52,150 nt of DNA from an uncultured Methanosarcinales archaeon (GCA_964604995.1 CAZSAD010000009.1:1-52150); one strand, 5' to 3'; numbered from the stretch's first letter, positions 8,601-19,354 are shown. Numbers and translations: made by a program. Notes: generated by a model from the letters alone, not told the origin.

Positions 8601-11600
8601 TATCAAGTTTCTTATACCTACAAAGCTCCAACAATAAGCCCTTATTTTTATTTATTAGGACCAATGAAAATAGGTTCATTTCAAGAAGTAAGAAATTGGG
8701 AAATTGTAAATGATGCTTCAAAAACTTATGATAATGAATCTATGTCTGCTCCAGTAACTACTCAATCAATTCTAAGAGGTGCTACTTTTACAATGACTTG
8801 CCATCCTATTTGTGGTGGTTCAGGATCAAATCCAAATGTACAACATACTTACCAATGGTGTAGTGATTCAACTTGTAGTAGTAGTGCAAATAGTATTTCT
8901 ACAAATCCAGCGACAAGCGATGTGCTTTCACTGACAAACAATCCAGAAACAGCAGCTTGCAATTTTGATACTACTGAAACAATTACTGCAAGAAATAAAG
9001 GTGCAGTATATATTAGATGTAAAGGCAATAGTACAACTTCAACCTATTCAAGTTCTCCAACAATTTTAATAAATGTAACATCTGATGACCCACCATATCT
9101 TTCTGACTCGGTAACTCCAAATCCTGCAATGAATGATTCATCTGTTCTTCCAAATCAAACAGTTACATTTAATGCGACATGGCAAGATGATTATAATCTA
9201 AAAAATTGGACATTTTCTTGGAATATTTCAGGTTCATGGGTCAATTCTACATGGATTTCTTTTACAGGTATACTTAATGTATCAAACATTACAAAATTAG
9301 TAAACGCGTCATCGGGTACAGCTATTGCATGGTGTTTTTATGCATATGATAATGCAAGTCAAATAGCAGCAACCTCATTGCAAACCTTCACTGTAATTTC
9401 TTTAACAGACAATAATTCTCCTTCAATTACTAATTTTAATGTTAGTCCACTTTTTACAATTTCAGGCGGCATAATAAATATCTCTGCAACAATTACAGAT
9501 AATTTTGCTGTTGTAGGTGCAAATGCAGAAATAACTTTCCCAAATACTACCAAAACAAATTATTCTATGTCTAACAATGGTGTTCTTTGGTACAATTTAT
9601 ACACCACTAGTTTTGGTGGTAATTTCTCAGTTGTTATTTATGCTTGGGATGGTAATAATAACTATAACTCTACTTTAACAAATCGCAAATATTTTAATGT
9701 TACATCAAACATTTCTGCAGATAATTATTTTTATGGTCGTGGAGAAACAGTTAGAATAACTGGAATTGGATTTTTTCCATCTGGAAATCTTACTTTGGAT
9801 ATTGATGATTTATCTGGTACCTCTGCACCTAGTTATCCAAATAATTCAGTTATAAGTTTATCAAGCGGTAGTTTTACCAATAACTGGATAATTCCAACAG
9901 GCTCTACTTCAATTCAAAATGGAAATTATACTATTAATGCAATTGATAATAGGCTTAGTTGGTTATTTAATACTACTAAAATTTTTGTTGTGTTAAAACC
10001 ATATACAGCAATTAAAGATGATTCCACGGGTGTGTCTTCTGTTATTACATCAATTAATCAAAGTGATGGTACAACAACAACAATTACTTCAAGTAATACT
10101 CGTGAAGATTACATTGGCATGAATTGGACAAATGATTTTACTTCTTATTATAACATAAATAAAGTTGAAATTTATTTGCAGCATATTACTACCACTCAAA
10201 ATACTATGTATGTTACCTGGTGGAATGGGACAACTTGGATGCCAGTGTGCAGTTTTACTTCTAATACAATTTCACAATTCAATAATTGTACAATAAGTGG
10301 CATTACAACAATTACGCAGGCAAATGATATCAGGTTAAGATATACGGACAACAATTTGCTTAGTAATAATCAATATATGAGTTTGGATTTTGCTTATCTT
10401 TTAATCAACTACTCTCTTGATATTAATACTTATGTTATAATAAATAATCCCACTTACACAGTTGTCGCTAAAAATTTTACAGATACTACAAATAATCATG
10501 GATATTATGCAAGCGATAGTATAAGGCCACCCACATCAATAGTTACAGGTATAGAATTATCTTCAACACAATATACTTCTCTACAATCTAGAGATGATGT
10601 AAGATTTAGTAGCATAAATGATACTATTGGTGAAGTTGCTTATCATACTTTTAATTTTAGAATACCTGAAACAAATGCAACAATAACTAACTTTGAAATT
10701 TTATACGAAGGGTATTCTACAAGAGGTGTTGGTGCAGTTGAAAGAGCAGTTGGATACAGTGTTTATCTTTGGAATTATTCATCTAATTCATATTCATTTA
10801 TACAAAATACAACTCCTGGTGCATCAATAGGTACAGATGTTAATTTTAATAGTAGTATTACTGGATTTTCTAATTTCTTAAATGCAAGTGGAGATGTTTG
10901 GTTATTAGTTGAATCAATGAATACTTCTGGGGCAGGTGCTGGTGAAGGAAGATCAAATCTCTCAACAGATTTTGTTGCTCTTCAGATTACAACTTATCCA
11001 ATATTATCACAAAATATTACAATTAATTTCACAGCTCTGGATGGGAATGGGATATCTTCTTGTAAATACCGTTATCAAAATTCTTCTATAAACTATTCTT
11101 ATATTGGCATGACTAATATAATTAATTACGATTGGACAAATACTAGCAATACTTCAACAATAAATAATGGTTATTACTATGTTAAAGCAAATTGTACAGA
11201 TTCAATAGGAAATGTTAATTCAACTGAGAGTATTTACGTTTATGTTGATAATACTGTTCCATCTGTAACTTTAAACTCTCCAGCAACAGGAACAAATTAT
11301 TCAACAAATTCTTTTTCAGTAGCATGGATTGCAATAGATAATGGTCCAGGTAATCTTTTTTGTGATATTCTATTAGACGGTGTAAAAAATACAAGTAAAC
11401 CCTTAGTTGTAAGAAATTCTGTTCAATATACTTACCAATTCACAGGTGTAAATGATGGAACACATTCTTGGACTGCCAATTGTTCTGATATTGCAAATAA
11501 TTTTTACGCTCCATCAGCTCTATCGTTTAAAGTAGATACAATCAAACCAAGAATTATTTTAAATTGGCCAAATTCTTCTTATTCAACTTCTTCTAATCAG

Positions 11601-14600
11601 ATTACATTTAACTACACTCCTTATGATGCAACAACTGGCATTGCAAATTGTTCATTAATATTTGATAGAAATATTAATTATACAAATTATACAATCTTGA
11701 ATAATGTTCCAAATTATTTTCCTCTTTTTGGTATTTCTGATGGTTGGCACAATTGGAGTGTGAATTGTACAGATTATGTTAATAATATTAATAACAGCAT
11801 AACCAGAAATCTTACAATTGATGCAGGTGGGCCAACAGTTGTTTTAAATTATCCTATAAATTTAACTTTAACTACTTCTAGTATACAATTCAATTTTACA
11901 GCAACCGATTTAGTAGATCCAACAGTTTCTTGTAATATTAGTTTAGATAGTAGGGTAAATAATACTGCAGTAATTACTGCAACAAGTGGGTTTCCAAAAT
12001 TATATAATATTACGGGTATAAATGATGGTAATCATACTTGGAATATTACTTGTTGGGACAGTGCAAATAATTTAGGTTATTCAAACTCTGCCAACTTTAC
12101 AGTTGACATACCTCCTATTATTGTTTTAAATTATCCTATAAACTTTACAGCAACAACAAATCCAAATTTAACTTTTAATTACACACCAACAGATACTTAC
12201 TCAGTTGAAAATTGTAGTTTCTACTTAGATGATATATTCAATATTTCTAATTCAAATATTCAAAATGGTCAACCAAATTATTTTAATGCAACTGCTCCTA
12301 TTATACAAGGTAATCATTATTGGCAAATTAATTGTTCAGATAATTATGGTACACAGAGTAATTCATCAAAACAAAATTTTACAGTTGATTATACCCCTAT
12401 GTCTATTGCATTATATGGTCCAGCAAATGCAACTCCTTTTAATACAAGTGCTATAACATTTTATTTTAATGCAACTGATAATCTTGATCCTTATTTAACA
12501 TGTTCAATAATAATAAATGGTGTAGTGAGAACATCAAATATAAATGCAACTTCAAGTGCAAACACAAGTTATACAATCAATAGTGGTATAGACAATGGGA
12601 TAAAATATTGGAATGTTACTTGTTTAGATGATGCAGAAAATTCAAATACTAGTGTAACCTGGCAGTTTAATGTAACTTCTCCTTTACAAATAAATCTTAT
12701 AAACCCTATAAATAACTATTATCAAAAACCAGTTAATATCTCTCTTTACTATAATGTTTCTAGTTCAACTTCTATTGTAAATTGTAGCTTATATCTAAAT
12801 GAAATTTTTAATCAGTCTAATTCTTCATTCATAAACATATCAGGCACTCAAAACAATTTTTCACTTTCTAATTTGCAAGATTCACAATACATTTGGTCAG
12901 TTAGTTGTATAGATGTCTCTGATCTTATCAGTTCATCATCTACAAGAACTTTTTATATTGATAATCAATTACCCACCATTATACCAAATTATCCAATAGG
13001 TGGTATAAACTTAACTTCTATAAATGTAAGTTTCAATTTTACAGTTTCAGATATATTAAGTTCAAATTTTTCATGTAATATTACAGTAGATGGTCAAAAA
13101 AATAATTCTCAAATAATAACTGCTTACAACGCTATTCCTAAAATTTATAACATCACTAACTTTAACGAAGGGCAACATTATTGGAATGTTTCATGTTCAG
13201 ATCTTGCCACAAATAGTAATGTAAGTTCAACAGAGAATTTTCATATTAGAATTGCACCAAGAATAAATTTGCAAAGTCCAATCACCAACTATACAACTTC
13301 ATCAAATAATATAAATTTTAGTTACATCCCATATGATAATTATGGTCTTTTAAATTGTAGTTTTTATTTGGATGAATATGAAAACATAACAAACTTATCA
13401 ACAGCCAATGTGGTAAATTATTTTAATATAACAGGTATAAACGAAGGCAATCACTCTTGGTTTGTTGGTTGTATTGATGTTGATTTTATGAATACAAATT
13501 CTTCAGTAAGAAATTTTACAGTTGACAACACTTATCCAAATGTTTCATTAAATTCTCCTTCACCTGGAGCAATTTTTAGACAAGGTTCAAATATTTCATT
13601 TAATTGGACAGCTTATGATAATTTTGCACAAACTCTTTACTGTAATCTTACAATAGATGGTTTAGTTAATGCAAGTAATATCTCTTCATCAAATGGACAA
13701 TCAAAAGCATACACTGTTTATGGGCTTAATAATTCTATTCATTACTGGAATGTAACATGTATGGATGGAGCTGGTCTTATAAACTCAAGTGAAACTAGAA
13801 ATCTTACTTTACAAGAAATTCCAGAAATCTACCTTGCTTCAGCTTTATCAGGAACAGGATATATTATTGGTAATGTTTCATTTGAATATCAATTATTTTC
13901 TACTATCCCCATTTTAAATTGTTCTCTTATAATAAATGGGATTATTAACCAAACTAATAATTCTGAAGTTTTATTAAATGGTCCAATAAATAATTTCACT
14001 CTAAACAATCTTCCAGAGGCAAGATATAATTGGACTGTAAATTGTACAAATAGTCAAAATATAGTTGGCACAGCAGAGCAAGAATACTTTGATGTTGACT
14101 GGACTTATCCTTCATTAATTATCCATAGTCCATTGGATAATTCTACAAATACTAAATCATACACTTCTTTTAAATTCAATGCAACAGACAATGTAGACAA
14201 AAATATAACCTGTAATATTACAATTGATGATATTGTAAATGTTTCAAATACGGAAGTAATTTCTGGTGTAAATACAACTAAAATAGTTTACAATCTTACA
14301 GAATTTTGGCACAACTGGAGCATTATTTGTTGGGATAATTCGCTATTAGCAAATTATAGTGATACTTATAGGTTCTACCAAAATTATTCCCCAAGAGTCA
14401 CACTTGATTTTCCACAAACAAATTACTTTACAAAACTTTCATGGGTACAATTTAATTTTACACCTTATGACAATGAACCTACTCTTCTTGAATGTAGATT
14501 GAATGTTGATGATAAACAAAATGGTTCAACTTATAATGTACCTATTTCTGATGTACAATTAAATAGAAATGTTTCTGGCTTTAACGAAGGTCAGCATAAC

Positions 14601-17600
14601 TGGGATGTAAATTGCACAGATAATAGTTTAAATGTTGCAACAGCCGGTCCAAATATTTTCTTTATTGATTTCACAAGTCCAACTATTACGCCAAATTCTC
14701 CACTTGGATCTTTATTTTCAATTAGTCAAATTATGTTTAATTTTACAGCATACGATAATCTCGGAACAAACATTTCTTGTAATTTATCAGTTAATAATAC
14801 CATTAAAATATTTAATATTCAAACAATCAATTCAACACCTTATAATAAAACACTATCTAATTTTACTGACGGATTACAATATTGGAACGTTACTTGCTTT
14901 GATCAGGCAGGCAATCAAAATTCAAGTTTAATTCAAAATTTTACAGTTGAAGAGCCCCCATACATTTCTCTTTCCATCCCTAATAATATGACACGTGTCG
15001 CAACAGGAAATTATTCTTTCCATTTCATTCCAACAGATAATTCTTATTCAATTGCAAATTGTACACTTGTGTTAAATTCAGCATTAAATATAAGCAATAA
15101 TAGTATTATAAATGAACAAGATAATAACATTACATCAATAAATCTGCTACATGACCTATATAATTGGACTGTAAATTGTACAGATCCATCTGGTAATATC
15201 GGTACAAATATCACAACAAAAAGATTTTATGTCGATTTACTAGGTCCAGGATTTAATCTTATAACCCCCTATGAAGGTGAAACTTTTAATTATAATGATG
15301 TGCGATTTAATTTTACAGTTTATGAACAATTCCAACTTAATTTATCTGTTATATGTAATCTTTCTTTAGACGAAAGAGTTAATGTGAGCGGAATAGTTCT
15401 AATGGATGGTTATACCAATTCAACATTAATACCAAATATTTTGGAAGGAGATCATAATTGGAGTGTTACATGCTGGGATAATCTTAATAACACCAACACT
15501 AGCCAAACATTGCCTTTCATAGTAAATGCTCCAGATTTAACAATCTCCCCAATCAATATTACTTTTAATAATACTAATCCAAATCTAAATGATACTATAA
15601 AAATAAATGCAACAGTTTACAATATTGGGGGCATTCCTGCAAATAGTTTTAATGTTTATTTCTTAGATAATATGGTAGAAATAACAAATCTAACTGTTAC
15701 TACTTTGCAAAATGGTCAATCAACAACACTTAATACTACATGGAATATCACATTTGGATTTCACACCATAACTGTCAATATTACGTACAATGGTGTTGAA
15801 TTAAATTCTACAAATAATCTTGCTGAAAATAATTTAACTTTACTCTATCCAACCTTTACAAATCCAATAAATAATACTTGGTCAAAATTATCATCTAATC
15901 AAATTAATTATAGAATTTACGATTATCAGAATAGCAATTTAAATTATTCAATGTATATAGATTCAAATTTTAATTTTAGTTCTAATGCAACTGATGGTAT
16001 AGATAACTCTTTAATTTTAAATTTTAGTGAAGGCTTTCATAATCTACTTTTACAATCAATTGGTCCAAGATCCGACTATCAAGGAATATTACAAAATCTC
16101 AACAGAACAAAAAATAGTACTCTTTTAAGAATAAATATTGATTTAACAAATGTTACAATAACTTTTGTTACAAGTAATAATTCTTGGATTGCAAATTTAA
16201 CTCCAACATTAAGATTTAATTTAACAGATAATCTTGCTTCCACTTTAAATTATTCAATTTTTCAAAATGATGTTTTTTACATATCAAACACAACACAAAA
16301 TGGTACAACTACTTCTGTTAATTTATCAACACCAACAGAAGGGCAATGGGATATAACAATTGAGGCAATTGATTTAGCAGGAAACACAAAAAATTCTACA
16401 CCTCTTAGAATTTATGTTGATATAACCCCCCCACAACCAAATATAACAACAGTAAATAATACAAATATGAGCAATTCTACTCCAACAATTTCATTTAACA
16501 TAACTGATAATTTAGCTCCTACAATCAATTTTACATTTTATATTGACAATCAAATAAAAAGCACTAATGGTTCAATAGTAAATGGTACACCTTCACAAGT
16601 TACATTAACTTCTTTGGCAGATGGATATCATAACATCACTTTAGAAGCAACTGATTTAGCAGGAAACAAATGGAATTCATCAACAATAACTATTTTAGTG
16701 GACACAAGACCACCACAAATAACAATTACAAATCCAAGAAATAATGCTCCTTATGGTTATCTTGTAAATTTAATAACTTCAATTACAGATAATGGTGTAG
16801 GTATTGATACTGTAACTTATTCAATTTATAATGATTCATTTGCAAATTATCAAATTGGTTATTTGGATTTATTAGGTAGTTGGTCTGCAGTTTGGAATTC
16901 ATCACAAAACATAACTGAAAATGTTTCATTTATGTATGTAATCTTCAATGTAACTGCAAATGATACTCTAGGAAATAGAAATAGTACATCTGTTAGATTT
17001 GTTGTCGACAATGCAAAACCGAGTATTGTATTTTTTACTCCAAATGGAAATGATTTTAATTCAGATTTCAATTTGGATATAAGATTACAAAATAGAAATC
17101 TCACTAATTCAACTTATAACATTACAAATATAACTAGTATAACAAAAACTAATAATTCTAATCTAACAATTTATAGACCAACTTTCAATTGGTCAGATCT
17201 TATCCAAATTCCAGTTGCATCATATCCTGAAGGTGTTTACAATATTTCAGTTTATGCAGCTGATGAAGTTGGAAACTATAGAACATCAACTAATTATTTC
17301 AGAGTTGATAGAACAGCTCCTATAATAACACTTTTAAATCCAATATTTTATTTTAATACAACCTTAACTTCAATTAATTTTAATTATAGTGCAACAGATA
17401 ATTTCGCTTCAAGTTTCTTTTGTAATTTAACATTAAATGGTACAATCCTCTCTTATAGCATAGCTACACAAAATTCAACACCAACAAATGTTACAGTTTC
17501 TTCTTTGAATGAAGGAAACAATCTTTGGAATGTAACTTGCATTGATATTGCAGGTAATATAAACACAAGCCAGACTTATAACTTCACAATTGATAGAACA

Positions 17601-19343
17601 GCTCCAACAATACAACTTATTTCTCCTACAAATTATACTTTTACAAATAATGGAGATGTTTTCTTTACTTATTTGCCCACAGATAATCTTTTGCCAATAT
17701 CTAGTTGCAGTTTAATAATAAATTCGCAAATAAATCAAACAAATACTACAATTTTAAGAGGACAGCAAAATAATTTTACGCTAAATTTACAAGAAGGAAT
17801 ATACACTTGGGGAATAAATTGTACTGACCTTGTTGGAAATATTGGTTCAAATAATACTGGACGAATTTTATATGTTGATTTAACTGCGCCTCAATCAAAT
17901 ATTACAACACTAAACAATACTTGGTTCTCAAGTTTAAATCCTAATATTTCATTTAACATAACTGATAATTTAGGAAGAAATCTTTCATATAATATTTTTG
18001 TCAATGGTTCAGTCAATAAAACAGGTTATACTATTTCAGGTTCTATAAAAAATGACACAATTGGTGCATTTTTAGAAGAGGATTATTTAGTAATCTTAAA
18101 TGGGATAGATCAAGCAAACAATTCTCAAAATTCTTCGCCAATAACAATCCATATTGATATAACTTCTCCAAATATAACTTTAATTTCTCCGCAAAATAAC
18201 ACTAATCAAACAATTCCTCGTATTAATTTTAGTTTTAATGTAACTGATAATCGTGCACTTGGGATATTTTGTAATTTAACTATCGATGGGAGAGTTAATA
18301 TTAGTAATATTATTTTATCAAATCCTGGAAATTATACCAATTTAATCTCAAATCTATCTTATGGTACACATAACTGGAGTGTAATATGTTTAGATAATGC
18401 ATCAAATAAAGGTTATTCTCAAAATTTTACATTTCAATTGCCAAGGCCAGATGTAATTATAACCTCGGCAAATATAACCTTTAATCAATCCATTCTTGAA
18501 GAAAATAAACAATTTACAATACTTGCAAATGTTTACAATATTGGGCAAGGCGCAGCTGAAAATTTCAAAGTTGGATTTTATTTAAATGATCCTGATTCTG
18601 GCGGAACTCAAATTGGAACTAATTATACAATAACTTTGCAGTCGCAGGAAAATCAAACTTTAACTATGAATACTTCTTTAGATATTGGTGATTTTGTAAT
18701 ATTTGTGCAGTTAGATAGAAACAATATTTTGTCAGATGTTGATACAACAAATAACAAAGCAAATAAAACTGGCAATGTTGGTGCATATCAAATACTTTAT
18801 GGAAATCTTACTGGTTCTCTAATATTATCTTTAAATTCAAGTCAAGTTTTTAGTTGGGATTATTCAAATGTAACTTCAGGCAGTATATTTGCAATAGATA
18901 CTGATAGTAGGGTTTCTTGGACAAATCTCTTAGCACTTGGTAAGAATGCAACAAATTTTGCAACAACTAATGATTTTTCACAGCTCGATACCAAACTTGG
19001 AATACAAAATTTATCCGAATCAATCAATAGATCATACACTGCAAATAATATTCCAATTTCTATAGTAAATATGACTGTTTTCAATAAAATAATTTCCGAT
19101 GTCCCAGTTGTAAATTCAACCAATAGTTCAAATTTTGTAACTGGAATACTCTGGGATAAATCAGATAATCCAACTAATGAATACAACGGGTCGCAAGATA
19201 TTGTTTTCATTTCACCAATCAACAAAAATCAAGCTGGTAAATATGGAGTTTATGATTTCGAATTCAAAGTTCCAGCAAAATTAAGACAGTACAACACTCC
19301 AAATAATGAAAATACAGTTTCAGTATTTGTTGAACTAAAATAA
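5673..19343 (+). CDS. Giant secreted adhesin-like protein 1 (4556 aa): MG2-like domains, many Cys-paired Ig-like repeats, two CARDB-like domains, C-terminal subunit-like domain
   Basis: Uninterrupted 13.7-kb ORF; N-terminal signal; recurring ~95-aa units (PxIxLxxPxN...C.L.LD...GxHxWNV[TS]CxDxAxN); PDL/PDV...ATVYNIG...NNxA CARDB patterns; very dense N-x-S/T sequons; ends VSVFVELK with no TM. Start is GTG 5673 or ATG 5676. Confidence 0.92.
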   Translation: MMNRKRRLAIVSIVLTVVLTIFTISGELSKADLSINFSNSSDFNMTLVNINTSNTQTTSTISIFSTKNVSLGDFIDINLSKLHLINSSWKNVSNSDLDINLIHDTQIFQFFANSITDSILFQPQKIGIYTLKIKPLSNNTNFIFFNESFEVNSSLINPQSTSPFLNITNKQEYLLGETMTISADTLSQFKLSSLSLNFSSQLSLDNISLIVEIESPLGTYQFIGIENESVNFKPKFVGNYSVNIFLDLENKTLFANSTFTVISNDDLFLSNLNNLSITIMIPKQIYTLNEPILFNFSVNLSNGLEFIIENNENSYKFLDVAKDKLAFVPKVSGNYTAKIVSGDTIYASKKFFVTENTESLFLQSSQLEAVSLINESNQTYLQFQSGQNITLYFDFSNKIERTDIFDKLFKYVKIEKIIAYIENNENNTAFDLKVIPLKNNKFDILIKGNSQIKEGKYVLVVEAYYAENVIIEKKEFEIISSLSSVVVNGLNIPSELNFTNLKKQEESEKQIIEKFTYATFLPNQDPQIFIDFSNEISERRTLLNDVFKKSIVDKISIFIKEDPKNEFFAVEVKHISKDSFVLNLIKKQKIIPNKLYNVVVVANIAEMVVVKNYIVNFDANPNDAISQLEDYGMIEVRTRVSPDLENVLSNRSFNLVDSSNKGIKSRAKLKSIKNGRYNIEINLSHPKIEKMIVNDFYPLNDTVIGFEKVEKNLQAPKGEKWQKVYAINPINANFSNINLTVIAEGRQLFKCKDWDFSNQQCLGTWVNIMDLVVGQEYNIVVDNTDPAFAESGLIAINTNKSIFLPNQTAFIAIGLIDSEGKMVCDSDMVLTITEPDGNIVKYSTKNGNIFISPECEFYGYTSMPDYYAEHFVNKIGTYTLNVTANWQENNSAIRISNFSVQQNVAFDVSRFTATRIYPVLNYDVNFSINVNENYNGKIYEYVPSEFDIFSQPEMLVDIINNTKRLSWVKNFIAGNSYQVSYTYKAPTISPYFYLLGPMKIGSFQEVRNWEIVNDASKTYDNESMSAPVTTQSILRGATFTMTCHPICGGSGSNPNVQHTYQWCSDSTCSSSANSISTNPATSDVLSLTNNPETAACNFDTTETITARNKGAVYIRCKGNSTTSTYSSSPTILINVTSDDPPYLSDSVTPNPAMNDSSVLPNQTVTFNATWQDDYNLKNWTFSWNISGSWVNSTWISFTGILNVSNITKLVNASSGTAIAWCFYAYDNASQIAATSLQTFTVISLTDNNSPSITNFNVSPLFTISGGIINISATITDNFAVVGANAEITFPNTTKTNYSMSNNGVLWYNLYTTSFGGNFSVVIYAWDGNNNYNSTLTNRKYFNVTSNISADNYFYGRGETVRITGIGFFPSGNLTLDIDDLSGTSAPSYPNNSVISLSSGSFTNNWIIPTGSTSIQNGNYTINAIDNRLSWLFNTTKIFVVLKPYTAIKDDSTGVSSVITSINQSDGTTTTITSSNTREDYIGMNWTNDFTSYYNINKVEIYLQHITTTQNTMYVTWWNGTTWMPVCSFTSNTISQFNNCTISGITTITQANDIRLRYTDNNLLSNNQYMSLDFAYLLINYSLDINTYVIINNPTYTVVAKNFTDTTNNHGYYASDSIRPPTSIVTGIELSSTQYTSLQSRDDVRFSSINDTIGEVAYHTFNFRIPETNATITNFEILYEGYSTRGVGAVERAVGYSVYLWNYSSNSYSFIQNTTPGASIGTDVNFNSSITGFSNFLNASGDVWLLVESMNTSGAGAGEGRSNLSTDFVALQITTYPILSQNITINFTALDGNGISSCKYRYQNSSINYSYIGMTNIINYDWTNTSNTSTINNGYYYVKANCTDSIGNVNSTESIYVYVDNTVPSVTLNSPATGTNYSTNSFSVAWIAIDNGPGNLFCDILLDGVKNTSKPLVVRNSVQYTYQFTGVNDGTHSWTANCSDIANNFYAPSALSFKVDTIKPRIILNWPNSSYSTSSNQITFNYTPYDATTGIANCSLIFDRNINYTNYTILNNVPNYFPLFGISDGWHNWSVNCTDYVNNINNSITRNLTIDAGGPTVVLNYPINLTLTTSSIQFNFTATDLVDPTVSCNISLDSRVNNTAVITATSGFPKLYNITGINDGNHTWNITCWDSANNLGYSNSANFTVDIPPIIVLNYPINFTATTNPNLTFNYTPTDTYSVENCSFYLDDIFNISNSNIQNGQPNYFNATAPIIQGNHYWQINCSDNYGTQSNSSKQNFTVDYTPMSIALYGPANATPFNTSAITFYFNATDNLDPYLTCSIIINGVVRTSNINATSSANTSYTINSGIDNGIKYWNVTCLDDAENSNTSVTWQFNVTSPLQINLINPINNYYQKPVNISLYYNVSSSTSIVNCSLYLNEIFNQSNSSFINISGTQNNFSLSNLQDSQYIWSVSCIDVSDLISSSSTRTFYIDNQLPTIIPNYPIGGINLTSINVSFNFTVSDILSSNFSCNITVDGQKNNSQIITAYNAIPKIYNITNFNEGQHYWNVSCSDLATNSNVSSTENFHIRIAPRINLQSPITNYTTSSNNINFSYIPYDNYGLLNCSFYLDEYENITNLSTANVVNYFNITGINEGNHSWFVGCIDVDFMNTNSSVRNFTVDNTYPNVSLNSPSPGAIFRQGSNISFNWTAYDNFAQTLYCNLTIDGLVNASNISSSNGQSKAYTVYGLNNSIHYWNVTCMDGAGLINSSETRNLTLQEIPEIYLASALSGTGYIIGNVSFEYQLFSTIPILNCSLIINGIINQTNNSEVLLNGPINNFTLNNLPEARYNWTVNCTNSQNIVGTAEQEYFDVDWTYPSLIIHSPLDNSTNTKSYTSFKFNATDNVDKNITCNITIDDIVNVSNTEVISGVNTTKIVYNLTEFWHNWSIICWDNSLLANYSDTYRFYQNYSPRVTLDFPQTNYFTKLSWVQFNFTPYDNEPTLLECRLNVDDKQNGSTYNVPISDVQLNRNVSGFNEGQHNWDVNCTDNSLNVATAGPNIFFIDFTSPTITPNSPLGSLFSISQIMFNFTAYDNLGTNISCNLSVNNTIKIFNIQTINSTPYNKTLSNFTDGLQYWNVTCFDQAGNQNSSLIQNFTVEEPPYISLSIPNNMTRVATGNYSFHFIPTDNSYSIANCTLVLNSALNISNNSIINEQDNNITSINLLHDLYNWTVNCTDPSGNIGTNITTKRFYVDLLGPGFNLITPYEGETFNYNDVRFNFTVYEQFQLNLSVICNLSLDERVNVSGIVLMDGYTNSTLIPNILEGDHNWSVTCWDNLNNTNTSQTLPFIVNAPDLTISPINITFNNTNPNLNDTIKINATVYNIGGIPANSFNVYFLDNMVEITNLTVTTLQNGQSTTLNTTWNITFGFHTITVNITYNGVELNSTNNLAENNLTLLYPTFTNPINNTWSKLSSNQINYRIYDYQNSNLNYSMYIDSNFNFSSNATDGIDNSLILNFSEGFHNLLLQSIGPRSDYQGILQNLNRTKNSTLLRINIDLTNVTITFVTSNNSWIANLTPTLRFNLTDNLASTLNYSIFQNDVFYISNTTQNGTTTSVNLSTPTEGQWDITIEAIDLAGNTKNSTPLRIYVDITPPQPNITTVNNTNMSNSTPTISFNITDNLAPTINFTFYIDNQIKSTNGSIVNGTPSQVTLTSLADGYHNITLEATDLAGNKWNSSTITILVDTRPPQITITNPRNNAPYGYLVNLITSITDNGVGIDTVTYSIYNDSFANYQIGYLDLLGSWSAVWNSSQNITENVSFMYVIFNVTANDTLGNRNSTSVRFVVDNAKPSIVFFTPNGNDFNSDFNLDIRLQNRNLTNSTYNITNITSITKTNNSNLTIYRPTFNWSDLIQIPVASYPEGVYNISVYAADEVGNYRTSTNYFRVDRTAPIITLLNPIFYFNTTLTSINFNYSATDNFASSFFCNLTLNGTILSYSIATQNSTPTNVTVSSLNEGNNLWNVTCIDIAGNINTSQTYNFTIDRTAPTIQLISPTNYTFTNNGDVFFTYLPTDNLLPISSCSLIINSQINQTNTTILRGQQNNFTLNLQEGIYTWGINCTDLVGNIGSNNTGRILYVDLTAPQSNITTLNNTWFSSLNPNISFNITDNLGRNLSYNIFVNGSVNKTGYTISGSIKNDTIGAFLEEDYLVILNGIDQANNSQNSSPITIHIDITSPNITLISPQNNTNQTIPRINFSFNVTDNRALGIFCNLTIDGRVNISNIILSNPGNYTNLISNLSYGTHNWSVICLDNASNKGYSQNFTFQLPRPDVIITSANITFNQSILEENKQFTILANVYNIGQGAAENFKVGFYLNDPDSGGTQIGTNYTITLQSQENQTLTMNTSLDIGDFVIFVQLDRNNILSDVDTTNNKANKTGNVGAYQILYGNLTGSLILSLNSSQVFSWDYSNVTSGSIFAIDTDSRVSWTNLLALGKNATNFATTNDFSQLDTKLGIQNLSESINRSYTANNIPISIVNMTVFNKIISDVPVVNSTNSSNFVTGILWDKSDNPTNEYNGSQDIVFISPINKNQAGKYGVYDFEFKVPAKLRQYNTPNNENTVSVFVELK

Positions 19344-19354
19344 ATTTGTTCAAC
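19329..19354 (+). other. Small hairpin spanning the giant-1 stop codon
   Basis: GTTGAAC-N12-GTTCAAC inverted repeat. Confidence 0.3.
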
